Source: Candidatus Eiseniibacteriota bacterium (GTDB lineage: Bacteria > Eisenbacteria > RBG-16-71-46). Taken from it: a stretch of 64,000 nucleotides of DNA. Positions 40,611 through 48,594 of this stretch are shown here, one piece after another. Numbering within the stretch: position 1 is the stretch's first letter; every line of letters starts with the position of its first letter. Made by a program: the position numbers and the translations under genes. The DNA lies in NCBI GenBank assembly GCA_963707915.1, contig OY970178.1:480001-544000 (forward strand). Direction: 5' to 3'. The notes under the pieces are model-generated. The model saw nothing but the letters and a program-made list of their open reading frames with translations, had not been told where the DNA came from and searched no databases.

Positions 40611-41602
40611 GTGCGATCCTGGAGCGTCTGCGGCGTGCGGCGCGGTCGCGTCCCCAGCGGCTGCTGCTGGCGGAGGCGGAGGACGAGCGCGTGGTGCGCG
40701 CGGCGGAGACGATCGTCCGCGAGCGCATCGCCCGGGTGGCCGTGGTGGGCTCCCGCGCCGTGCTGCGGGAGACCGCGCGCAAGGCGGGCGTGGGGCTCGC
40801 CGGCGTCGAGCTGATCGAGTCGGACGGGGCGGACGAGATCGCGCGCACCGCCGCCGAGTTGCGCGCGGCGCGCGGTGACCGCCTGGGCGGTGCCGACCTC
40901 GAGCGCTACGCCCGCGACCCCCTCTTCCAGGCGGCGTGCCGCGTCCGGGTGGGGCTGGCGGACGGATTCGTGTGCGGGGCGGTAAGGACCACCGCGGACG
41001 TGCTGCGGGCGTCGCTGTACCTGGTGGGCCTGGCGCCGGACACCCGCACGCTGTCCTCGTACTTCCTGATGGTGCTGCCCGCCGCCGCCGGGCGCGAGCG
41101 CGTGCTGGTCTTCGCGGACTGCGCGGTCGTGCCCGACCCGACCGCGGAGCAACTCGCGGACATCGGCATCATGGCGGCGACGCACTTCCGGCGCCTGACG
41201 GGGGAGATCCCGCACACCGCCTTCCTGTCGTTCTCGACGCGCGGGTCGGCCGACCATCCGCACGTGGCGAAGGTGCGGCAGGCCGTGTCGCTGGCGCAGG
41301 AACGGCGGCCGGACCTGCACCTGGACGGCGAGTTGCAGCTCGACGCGGCCATCGACCCGCAGGTGGGCCGCCGGAAGGCGCCGGGCAGCGTGGTCGCGGG
41401 AGCCGCGAACGTGCTGGTCTTCCCGGACCTGGACGCCGGCAACATCGGTTACAAGCTGGTCCAGCGGCTGGCCGGAGCGCGGGCCTGTGGCCCGATCCTG
41501 ATGGGACTCGCCCGGCAGTGCAACGACCTCTCGCGGGGGTGCAGCGCAGCGGACGTCGTCGAGACCGGCACGATCGCCTGCGCGCTTTCCGCGACGAACT
41601 GA
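40607..41602 (+). CDS. pta: Phosphate acetyltransferase
   Basis: TTADVLR, FADCAV, SFSTRGSA, DGELQLDAA, FPDLDAGNIGYK, NDLSRG. Confidence 0.9.
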   Translation: MSAILERLRRAARSRPQRLLLAEAEDERVVRAAETIVRERIARVAVVGSRAVLRETARKAGVGLAGVELIESDGADEIARTAAELRAARGDRLGGADLERYARDPLFQAACRVRVGLADGFVCGAVRTTADVLRASLYLVGLAPDTRTLSSYFLMVLPAAAGRERVLVFADCAVVPDPTAEQLADIGIMAATHFRRLTGEIPHTAFLSFSTRGSADHPHVAKVRQAVSLAQERRPDLHLDGELQLDAAIDPQVGRRKAPGSVVAGAANVLVFPDLDAGNIGYKLVQRLAGARACGPILMGLARQCNDLSRGCSAADVVETGTIACALSATN

Positions 41603-41617
41603 GGGAGGACGGACTCC

Positions 41618-42016
41618 ATGCCCACCTACGACTACCGGTGCCGCAAGTGCGGACACTCGTTCGAGCTCTTCCACGGCATCAAGGACGATGCGCCGAAGCG
41701 GTGCCCGAAGTGCAGGGGCAGGGCGCAGCGCGTCCCGGCCGGAGGGGCCGGCGTACTGTTCAAGGGGACCGGCTTCTACGTCACCGACTACCGGAGCAAG
41801 GCGTACAAGGAAAGCGCCCGGCAGGAGAAGAGCGCGAGCGGCGGGAGCGGTGGCAGCGGCTCGTCGGGCGGTGGCAGCGGCTCGACCGGCGGTGGCAGCG
41901 GCTCGGCCGGCGGTGGCAGCGGCTCGTCGGGCGGTGGCAGCGGCTCGGCTGGCGGTGGCAGCGGCTCGTCGCGCGGTGGCGGCTCGACCGGCGGCAAGAC
42001 GCCCGCGGGCGCCTGA
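41618..42016 (+). CDS. FmdB-family zinc-ribbon protein with a Gly/Ser tail
   Basis: MPTYDYRCRKCG...CPKC...FKGTGFYVTDY; GGAGG RBS. Confidence 0.9.
   Translation: MPTYDYRCRKCGHSFELFHGIKDDAPKRCPKCRGRAQRVPAGGAGVLFKGTGFYVTDYRSKAYKESARQEKSASGGSGGSGSSGGGSGSTGGGSGSAGGGSGSSGGGSGSAGGGSGSSRGGGSTGGKTPAGA
41846..41989 (+). repeat. 21-nt tandem repeat (GGCGGTGGCAGCGGCTCGnnn), 6 copies plus 1 truncated
   Basis: Encodes GGGSGSx units in the FmdB tail. Confidence 0.9.
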
Positions 42017-42028
42017 GAGCCTGCGCCC

Positions 42029-43906
42029 GTGGCCTTCGGTCTGGTGCAGGCCGTCCTGGAGTCGCACGGGCTCGAGCGGACGGTGGTGGAGCGCACCCGC
42101 GACGCGGGGATCCGGATCGTCGACCAGGTGGTGCTCGGAAGTGAGCAGGTCCCGCTGGTCGTCGCCCTGCTGAGGCGCGCGGGCGTCGAGTCCGCACGCG
42201 TGAGTCCCGCCCTCGCGGATCCCGGCAGCGGCAACGACGGAGACGAGGACGAGCCGGCGACCGACTGGCGGCGTGCGGCGCTCGAGCTCGGGATGCTGAT
42301 GCCGCGGCCCGGGCACGGCGACCTGCGCGTGCTCCACCGCGAGCGGCTGGCGGCGCCGGGGCGCCTGGCGCTGGTCTCGGGACGGATCGCCGCCTGCGGT
42401 GCGCTGGGGATGCTGGCGCTCGAGGCGGACGCGCTCGTGGCGGCGGCCGTCCTGGCCGGCGGGCCGTTCGTCCCGGAGGAGCCGCGGGTGCTCGGCGTGG
42501 AACTGGCCGGTGCGCTGTCGCCGGTGGCGGGCGGCGTGGACCTCGCGCTGGCGCTGCTCTCCCGGCTGCGCGAGACCGGCGCGGCGGCGGACGTGCTCGA
42601 GCTCGGAGGCGGCGGAGTCGCGACGCTGGCGATGACCGAGCGGATGAGCGCTGCCTGGGTCCTCGGGGAGGCGGGGTTGCTGGCGCTGTTCCCGTCGGAC
42701 GAGGTGACGCGCGCGGAGCTGGCCGCGCTGGGGCGCGAGCAGGACTGGCGCCGCATCGAGGCGACCCGCGCGGGCGACGGGATCGTGTGGAGCCTGGAAC
42801 TGGGGGAAGTCGCCCCGCTCCTCGCTCCGCTCGAGGAACTCGGGCGCCCGCAGCCGGCGAAGGCGTTCGCCGGGACGCCGATCGAGCGCGTGCTGGTGGG
42901 GCCGGGCGCCACGCTGGCCGATCTCGCGCGGTTCGCGGCCCGGCTCGAAGGCCGCCGGGTCCACGAGCGGGTCGAGTGCACGGTGGTGGCGGGGAGCCGG
43001 GCGGTGCTGGATCGCCTGGTGTCGTCGGGCGTGACGCAACGGCTGGCGGTCGCGGGGGCGCGGGTGACGGAGGGACGGGTGGCGGCCCACACCGCGGGCG
43101 CGGGTGCAGGGCTGTGCGTCGGCGTGCCGCACGACGCCGTCGCGGCGGGCCGTGCACGATGGCTCGTGGGAGGCGTAGAATGCTGCGCGGCGGCGGCGCT
43201 GGCGGGAGCCGTCACGGTCCCGGCGGGCGGCGACGTGCCGGCGGTGGTCGAGGTCGGGGGCGGGAGCCCGGCGGATCCGTGGAGGCCCGGGGCCGCCGCT
43301 GGGCCGGCCGCGGAGCGCGCGCGGCCCGGGGCGCCGGGGATGGCGCAGGGCCGGTACCGCGGAGAAGTGCTCGCGATCCTGGGCGACGAGGTGGAGTGCG
43401 CGCGGTTGCTCGCTCCCGGCGCCCGGCTCGAGGGCCTGCGCGGCCGGCTGCGCGCGTTCGCGGGGCAGTTGCTGGCCGGGATCGATCCCGGCTTTGCAGC
43501 CCGCGCGCACGAGCGGGGCGGAGGCTTCGTGGTGGCGGGGACGGGGTTCGCTCGCGGGGAGCCGCGCGCGGCCGTCGCCGTCTGCCTGGCCGAGTGGTCC
43601 GTACGGGCCGTGCTGGCGCGTTCGTACGCGCCCGGAGCGGCGCAGGCGCTGGTGAACGCGGGGGTGATGCCGTTGAGGTGGACGCAGGTGGGGACGACGG
43701 GACCGTTCGATCGGGGTGACGAGCTGGAGTTGCCGGGTTCGCCGGAGGCGCTGCTGCCGGCGCAGCCGCTGACGGTCCGCAACCTGACGCGCGGCACTCA
43801 CGTGACGCTGCTGCACGACCTGTCGGCGCAGGCGATCGCGGTGCTGCGGGCCGGCGGGCTGCTCCCGTTCGTGATCGGACACGCGCCGGGCGCGGGGAGG
43901 CCGTGA
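42029..43906 (+). CDS. Aconitase-family protein lacking catalytic and Fe-S residues
   Basis: RPGHGDLRVLHRER, FPSDEVTR, VAGSR and swivel domain (RAVLARSYA, LVNAGVMPL, LRAGGLL) are present. DSHT, SCTN, CxxC and SSRE are absent. Confidence 0.75.
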   Translation: MAFGLVQAVLESHGLERTVVERTRDAGIRIVDQVVLGSEQVPLVVALLRRAGVESARVSPALADPGSGNDGDEDEPATDWRRAALELGMLMPRPGHGDLRVLHRERLAAPGRLALVSGRIAACGALGMLALEADALVAAAVLAGGPFVPEEPRVLGVELAGALSPVAGGVDLALALLSRLRETGAAADVLELGGGGVATLAMTERMSAAWVLGEAGLLALFPSDEVTRAELAALGREQDWRRIEATRAGDGIVWSLELGEVAPLLAPLEELGRPQPAKAFAGTPIERVLVGPGATLADLARFAARLEGRRVHERVECTVVAGSRAVLDRLVSSGVTQRLAVAGARVTEGRVAAHTAGAGAGLCVGVPHDAVAAGRARWLVGGVECCAAAALAGAVTVPAGGDVPAVVEVGGGSPADPWRPGAAAGPAAERARPGAPGMAQGRYRGEVLAILGDEVECARLLAPGARLEGLRGRLRAFAGQLLAGIDPGFAARAHERGGGFVVAGTGFARGEPRAAVAVCLAEWSVRAVLARSYAPGAAQALVNAGVMPLRWTQVGTTGPFDRGDELELPGSPEALLPAQPLTVRNLTRGTHVTLLHDLSAQAIAVLRAGGLLPFVIGHAPGAGRP

Positions 43907-43907
43907 C

Positions 43908-44945
43908 ATGCTGATCGACCAGGCCCGCATCCACGTGCTCTCGGGCGCGGGAGGCGAGGGCTGCGTGAGCTTCCGCAGGGAGAAGTTCGTGCCCAAGGGT
44001 GGGCCGGACGGGGGCGATGGCGGGCGCGGCGGCAGCGTGTTCCTCGAGGTGGACGTGCACGTGCGCACGCTGCTTGACTGCCGCGAACAGCCTCGTTACC
44101 GTGCCGATCGCGGTGGTCACGGCTCGGGCAACCGGCGCTCGGGCAAGGATGGACGGGACCTCGTGGTGCGCGTCCCGCGCGGCACGGTGGTGCGGGACGC
44201 CTCGACCGGCGAGGTGCTCGCGGACCTGGTCCACCCGGGGGAGCGGTTCGCCGCCGGGCGCGGCGGACGAGGCGGACGCGGCAACGCGCACTTCGCGACG
44301 CCGACGCACCAGGCGCCGCGACACGCCGAGCCCGGCGGTCCAGGCGAGGAGCGCTGGTTCGAACTGGAGCTCAAGCTCATCGCCGACGTGGGCTTCGTGG
44401 GCCTGCCCAACGCGGGCAAGTCCACCCTGCTCTCGAGGGTCACGAAGGCGCGGCCCCGCATCGCGCCGTATCCGTTCACGACGCTGGAGCCGCACCTGGG
44501 GATCGTGGCGCTCGACGACGAGCGCCAGTTCGTCGCGGCCGACCTGCCGGGGTTGATCGCGGGAGCGCACGAGGGCAAGGGGCTCGGTCACCAGTTCCTG
44601 CGCCACATCGAGCGCACGAGGGTGCTGCTGTTCATGGTGGAGTCCGGCGCCGAGGATCCGGCGCACGACCTCGAGGTGCTCGAGCGGGAGGTGTCGTTGC
44701 ACAGCCCGGCGCTGAAGGACAAGCCGCGACGCGTGGTCATCACCAAGGCCGACCTGGTCCCGCCGGAGGATCGCGCGGCCGCCTGCGCGCGCCTCGGGAT
44801 CCCGGACGCCCGGCTCATCAGTGCGCAGAGCGGCGAAGGGTTGGCCCCGCTGCTGGAGGACGTCTGGGGACTGATCACGACGAGCCTGGCGGCGGAGGCG
44901 GCCGCGCCCGCGGACGAGGAAGAGGAAGAGGTCGAGGATGAGTGA
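43908..44945 (+). CDS. obgE: GTPase Obg
   Basis: SFRREKFVPKGGPDGGDGG, GLPNAGKSTL, YPFTTL, DLPGLI, TKAD. Confidence 0.96.
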   Translation: MLIDQARIHVLSGAGGEGCVSFRREKFVPKGGPDGGDGGRGGSVFLEVDVHVRTLLDCREQPRYRADRGGHGSGNRRSGKDGRDLVVRVPRGTVVRDASTGEVLADLVHPGERFAAGRGGRGGRGNAHFATPTHQAPRHAEPGGPGEERWFELELKLIADVGFVGLPNAGKSTLLSRVTKARPRIAPYPFTTLEPHLGIVALDDERQFVAADLPGLIAGAHEGKGLGHQFLRHIERTRVLLFMVESGAEDPAHDLEVLEREVSLHSPALKDKPRRVVITKADLVPPEDRAAACARLGIPDARLISAQSGEGLAPLLEDVWGLITTSLAAEAAAPADEEEEEVEDE

Positions 44946-45669
44946 CGACCGGCACCCCCCGGCGAGGAGCTACGACGCGCTGAACACGCGCGGCCTCGCG
45001 GCCAAGCGGGAGTACGTGCGCGGGCTCGAGAAGCGCCGCGACAGCGAGGCCCTGTCGCTGCTGGTCGAGTGCCTGTGCGACGAGTCGTGGTACCTGCGGC
45101 AGCTCGCCGAGCAGGCCTTCCTGAACCTGGGCAGCGAGGGGGCCCCACTGCTCCTGCCGTTGCTCGAGCAGGGGCTGTGGTTCACGCGCGTGAGCTCCGC
45201 CGGGATCCTCGGCAAGCTGGGCCACGCTCCGGCGGTGCCGGGGCTGCTCCGCCTGACCGAGGACGAGAACCGCACCGTGGCGGAGGCCGCGCGCGAGGCG
45301 CTGATCGCGGTCGGCCGCTCGAGCGGCGCGGTGCGGATCGCCCACGTGCTGCACCGCCTGGCGCCCGATTCGCGGCGCCGCCGGCTGGAGGACCTCGCTG
45401 CGCGGGACGCCGAGCTGGCGGAGCGCATCCAGCGGCTGATGACGAACGACGAGCTCATGGCGGTCGAGGACACCGAGCTGCTCACCGACGATCATCCGGT
45501 GGTGCGGGCGAGCGAGGACGGTTTCGAATGGGAAGTGCTCACCAGCCCGCCCGCGCCGAAGACGCCCGCCGAGCCCGGGCCCCCGCCGGGGCCGCAGGGA
45601 ACGCCGCCCGCGCCGTCCGGGACGGAGTCCCCCCGCCGCAGGGAGGATGACGGACCGTCCACCGCTTGA
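44938..45669 (+). CDS. HEAT-repeat protein
   Basis: L.DESWYLR..A..A, WFTRVSSAGILGKLG, L..L.EDENRTVAEAA..AL repeats. Confidence 0.75.
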   Translation: MSDDRHPPARSYDALNTRGLAAKREYVRGLEKRRDSEALSLLVECLCDESWYLRQLAEQAFLNLGSEGAPLLLPLLEQGLWFTRVSSAGILGKLGHAPAVPGLLRLTEDENRTVAEAAREALIAVGRSSGAVRIAHVLHRLAPDSRRRRLEDLAARDAELAERIQRLMTNDELMAVEDTELLTDDHPVVRASEDGFEWEVLTSPPAPKTPAEPGPPPGPQGTPPAPSGTESPRRREDDGPSTA

Positions 45670-46624
45670 AGCGCGGGTGCTCTTCTCCCGCACGCCGGCC
45701 GCGACCGACCCGGGATCCGCCTGGCGGGCCGCGGGCAGCGCTGAACGCGGGACGGCGGCCGGCGTGGCGCGGACCCTCGAGCGCCTGGGCGTCTGCGCCC
45801 CGATGGCGGGGGAGCCGGGCTATCCGGCGGCCCTGCTCGAACTCGCCGACGCCCCGCGCGTGGTGTTCGTCCGTGGGGTGCTGCCCGAACGCAGCCGGGC
45901 GGTCGCCGTGGTCGGTTCCCGCGCCGCCACGCCGTACGGGCTGGCCCAGGCCGGGGCCCTGGGCGCGGACCTCGCCCGGCTGGGCTACACCGTGGTGAGC
46001 GGCCTGGCGCGCGGCATCGATGCCGCGGCGCATCGCGGGGCGATCGAGGCTGGCGGCGCGAGCGTGGCGGTGCTCCCCGGCGGGCTCGACGCGGTCACTC
46101 CGCGGCACCACGCCGCGCTGGCCGAGGAACTGTGCGCTCGCGGCGGGCTGCTCAGCGAGCGGGCCAGCGGGCCGCCGCCGTTCCGCGCGACGTTCCTCGA
46201 GCGCAACCGGCTCATCGCGGCGCTCGCGGCGGCGACGGTGGTGGTCGAGGCGGCGGCGCGCAGCGGCGCGCTCGCCACGGCGGCCCGCGCGCGCCAGCTC
46301 GGCCGGCCGGTGCTCGCGGTTCCGGGCGATGTCGACCGCGAGACGAGCCGCGGCACGCACGCGCTGATCCGCGCCGGGGCGCTGCTGTGCGAGGGCGCCG
46401 GCGACGTGCGGAACGCCATCGGGTGCGGTGCGGGCCGCGGCGGAGAGGCGACGCCGCAGTCGCGGCTGGGCGCCGCCCTCGGGGTGGAGCCGCGCGGCGT
46501 GGACGAGATCGCCGGGGCCGCGGGTCTCGCGGTGGACGAGGCGCTCGCGCTGCTGCTCCAGTTCGAGTGGGCGGGCGCGGCCGTGGCGGTCCCGGGGCAG
46601 CGCTGGCGGAGGGCCGGCTCGTGA
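45647..46624 (+). CDS. dprA: DNA-processing protein DprA
   Basis: YP..L....DAP, AVVGSR, VSGLARGIDAAAH, F.ERNRLIA, VVEAA.RSGA..TA, AVPG; C-terminal winged helix. Confidence 0.92.
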   Translation: MTDRPPLEARVLFSRTPAATDPGSAWRAAGSAERGTAAGVARTLERLGVCAPMAGEPGYPAALLELADAPRVVFVRGVLPERSRAVAVVGSRAATPYGLAQAGALGADLARLGYTVVSGLARGIDAAAHRGAIEAGGASVAVLPGGLDAVTPRHHAALAEELCARGGLLSERASGPPPFRATFLERNRLIAALAAATVVVEAAARSGALATAARARQLGRPVLAVPGDVDRETSRGTHALIRAGALLCEGAGDVRNAIGCGAGRGGEATPQSRLGAALGVEPRGVDEIAGAAGLAVDEALALLLQFEWAGAAVAVPGQRWRRAGS

Positions 46625-47535
46625 AGGCGGGGGACCGGGCGGTCGGGCTGCTGGCACGCGGGATCCTGGGCGGCCTGCGCGCGATGTCGTGGGAACGTTC
46701 GCGGGCGGCGGGCGAACGCCTGGGCGATGCCGTGCGCGCGCTGGGGCTGCGGCGGCGCGTGGCGCGGGAGAACCTCGCGCACGCCTTCCCGCAGTGGAGC
46801 GCCGCCGAGCTCGAGCGCGTGCTGCGGGAGCACTACCGCGAGCTGGGACGCGTGGTCGCCGAGTACGGACACCTCGACCGGCTGGCGCGTGCGCCGCTGG
46901 GGGAGGTCTTCGTCGAGCGGAGCGGGATGGAGGCGCTCGATGCGCTGCGGGGCCGCGGCGCGATCCTGATGAGCGGACACTACTCGAACTTCGAGCTGAT
47001 GGGCGCGATGCTGGCGCGGCTGAACCCGGTGGACTTCCTGGTGAAGCCGCTCTCGAACGCGGGAGTCGAGCGGCTGATCGACGGACGCCGTGCCGCGGCG
47101 GGGGTGGGCTGCATCAGCACGAGCGAGGGCACACGGGGCGTCTACCAGGCGCTGGCGGCGGGCCGCTGGGTCGCCATCCTGGCCGACCAGGACGCGGGAC
47201 GACGCGGCCTGTTCGTCCCGTTCTTCGGGCGGCCGGCGAGCACGCCCGCGGGTCCGGCGCGCATCTCGATCAAGACCGGGGCGCCGATCGTGGCGGGGTT
47301 CGCGGTGAGGCGGCCGGACGGGCGCTTCGACCTGCGGATCGAGCCGCCCTTCGAGCTGGAGGAACCGGCGGCCCCGGATGCGGTCCTGCGTCTCACCGCG
47401 CTGCACGTGGGCTTGCTCGAGGCGCGGGTCCGCGAGCGCCCGGAGCTGTGGTTCTGGCTCCACCGGCGGTGGAAGAGCGTCCCGCCCGCGGGCGGGGCGG
47501 GGGACGGGGCGACGAGCGTGGAGAGACCGGCGTGA
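46621..47535 (+). CDS. lpxL: Lipid A lauroyl/late acyltransferase (LpxL/HtrB family)
   Basis: NL..AFP, GHYSNFE, ILADQD, VPFFGRPA, PELWFWLHRRWK. Confidence 0.85.
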   Translation: MKAGDRAVGLLARGILGGLRAMSWERSRAAGERLGDAVRALGLRRRVARENLAHAFPQWSAAELERVLREHYRELGRVVAEYGHLDRLARAPLGEVFVERSGMEALDALRGRGAILMSGHYSNFELMGAMLARLNPVDFLVKPLSNAGVERLIDGRRAAAGVGCISTSEGTRGVYQALAAGRWVAILADQDAGRRGLFVPFFGRPASTPAGPARISIKTGAPIVAGFAVRRPDGRFDLRIEPPFELEEPAAPDAVLRLTALHVGLLEARVRERPELWFWLHRRWKSVPPAGGAGDGATSVERPA

Positions 47536-47960
47536 GCGGCGACCGGGTGGCGCCCGGCTTCCGTTTCGTGGAGCGCGTCCGCTACGCGGACACCGACCAG
47601 ATGGGGATGGCCTACCACGGGAACTACGTCCGCTGGTTCGAGGTGGGCCGCACGGAGATGCTCCGCGCGCAGGGGATGAGCTACCGGGAAGTGGAGGAGG
47701 CGGGGGTCCGGATGCCGGTGCTGGAAGTCCACTGCCGCTACCTCAAGCCGGCGCGCTACGACGACGAGCTGGCGATCGAGACGATGCTCACCGAGCTGGG
47801 ACGGGCCTCGCTGCGCTTCGAGTACCGCGTGGTGCGCGTGGCGGACGGCGAGCTGCTGGCCTGCGGCGCCACGCGGCACTGCTTCGTCGATCCCGCGGGC
47901 AGGCCGGTGCGGCCGCCGGCCTTCTTCGCGGAGCTGCTGGAGCGGGTCGCGCGCGGCTGA
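47532..47960 (+). CDS. Acyl-CoA thioesterase, YbgC/FadM family
   Basis: RVRYADTDQMGMAYHGNYVRWFEVGRTE, YLKPARYDDEL. Confidence 0.9.
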   Translation: MSGDRVAPGFRFVERVRYADTDQMGMAYHGNYVRWFEVGRTEMLRAQGMSYREVEEAGVRMPVLEVHCRYLKPARYDDELAIETMLTELGRASLRFEYRVVRVADGELLACGATRHCFVDPAGRPVRPPAFFAELLERVARG

Positions 47961-48039
47961 GCGCGTCGGGCCAGACCGACGACGAAGGCCGTGCGGGAAC
48001 CGGCCGGGGAGCGCTCCGACCGTTCCCCGCGGGGCTCGA

Positions 48040-48348
48040 TCAGGACTTGAAGCCGAGTCCCTTGGACGGGCTCTGTTCGCCGTGGAGCTTGATCGCCCCG
48101 AACTGCGCTTCGTAGTTCTTGAGATTCTGCTCGAGCGCGCCGAGCAGCGACTTGGCATGCTGCGGGGTCATGATGACCCGGGCGTGGACGCGTGCCTTCG
48201 GCAGCCCGGGCAGGGCGCGCGCGAAGTCGAGGATGACCTCGGACGGGGAGTGGGCGATGAAGACGAGGTTGGAGTAGATGCCCTCAGCTTCCTTCTCGCC
48301 CACCTCGACCTGGAACTGGGGCGGGACCTGGTTTTGGCCATTTTCCAC
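48040..48348 (-). CDS. DUF3467-family small protein
   Basis: AEGIYSN...HSPSEVILDF...P.A.VHARVIMTPQHAKSLL.AL..N...YE..FG.I; AGGAG RBS before GTG. Confidence 0.85.
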   Translation of the reverse strand: MENGQNQVPPQFQVEVGEKEAEGIYSNLVFIAHSPSEVILDFARALPGLPKARVHARVIMTPQHAKSLLGALEQNLKNYEAQFGAIKLHGEQSPSKGLGFKS

Positions 48349-48427
48349 GATGGTCTCCTGTCTGCACCCAAGTGGCACCGGATGGGGCCTCCGGCGGGGC
48401 CTCACCGCCCCGCGAACGAGCTTGCGC

Positions 48428-48456
48428 ACCATATGAGGGTGGCTGTCTAGCGTCAA
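48428..48456 (-). promoter_or_regulatory. Sigma-70-type promoter of the DUF3467 gene
   Basis: Minus strand TTGACG-N17-TATGGT. Confidence 0.65.
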
Positions 48457-48530
48457 GCAGAAAGCCGAGTTAGCCGCCTGGCACCGGCGTGCCAGTGGCC
48501 CGGCGGCAAAGGCGACGGGCGGCCGAAGGA

Positions 48531-48546
48531 TGGCATGCGCCTTGCG
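48531..48546 (+). promoter_or_regulatory. Sigma-54 promoter upstream of the GAF kinase-like gene
   Basis: TGGCATGCGCCTTGCG (GG-N10-GC). Confidence 0.65.
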
Positions 48547-48594
48547 CACACCCACTTGTGCCCTTTCCGACGTCCTTCTCGCTGGGAGGTTGAT

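Noticed and set aside
41846..41989. CRISPR array
   Set aside because: Contiguous in-frame repeats with no spacers and no cas genes.
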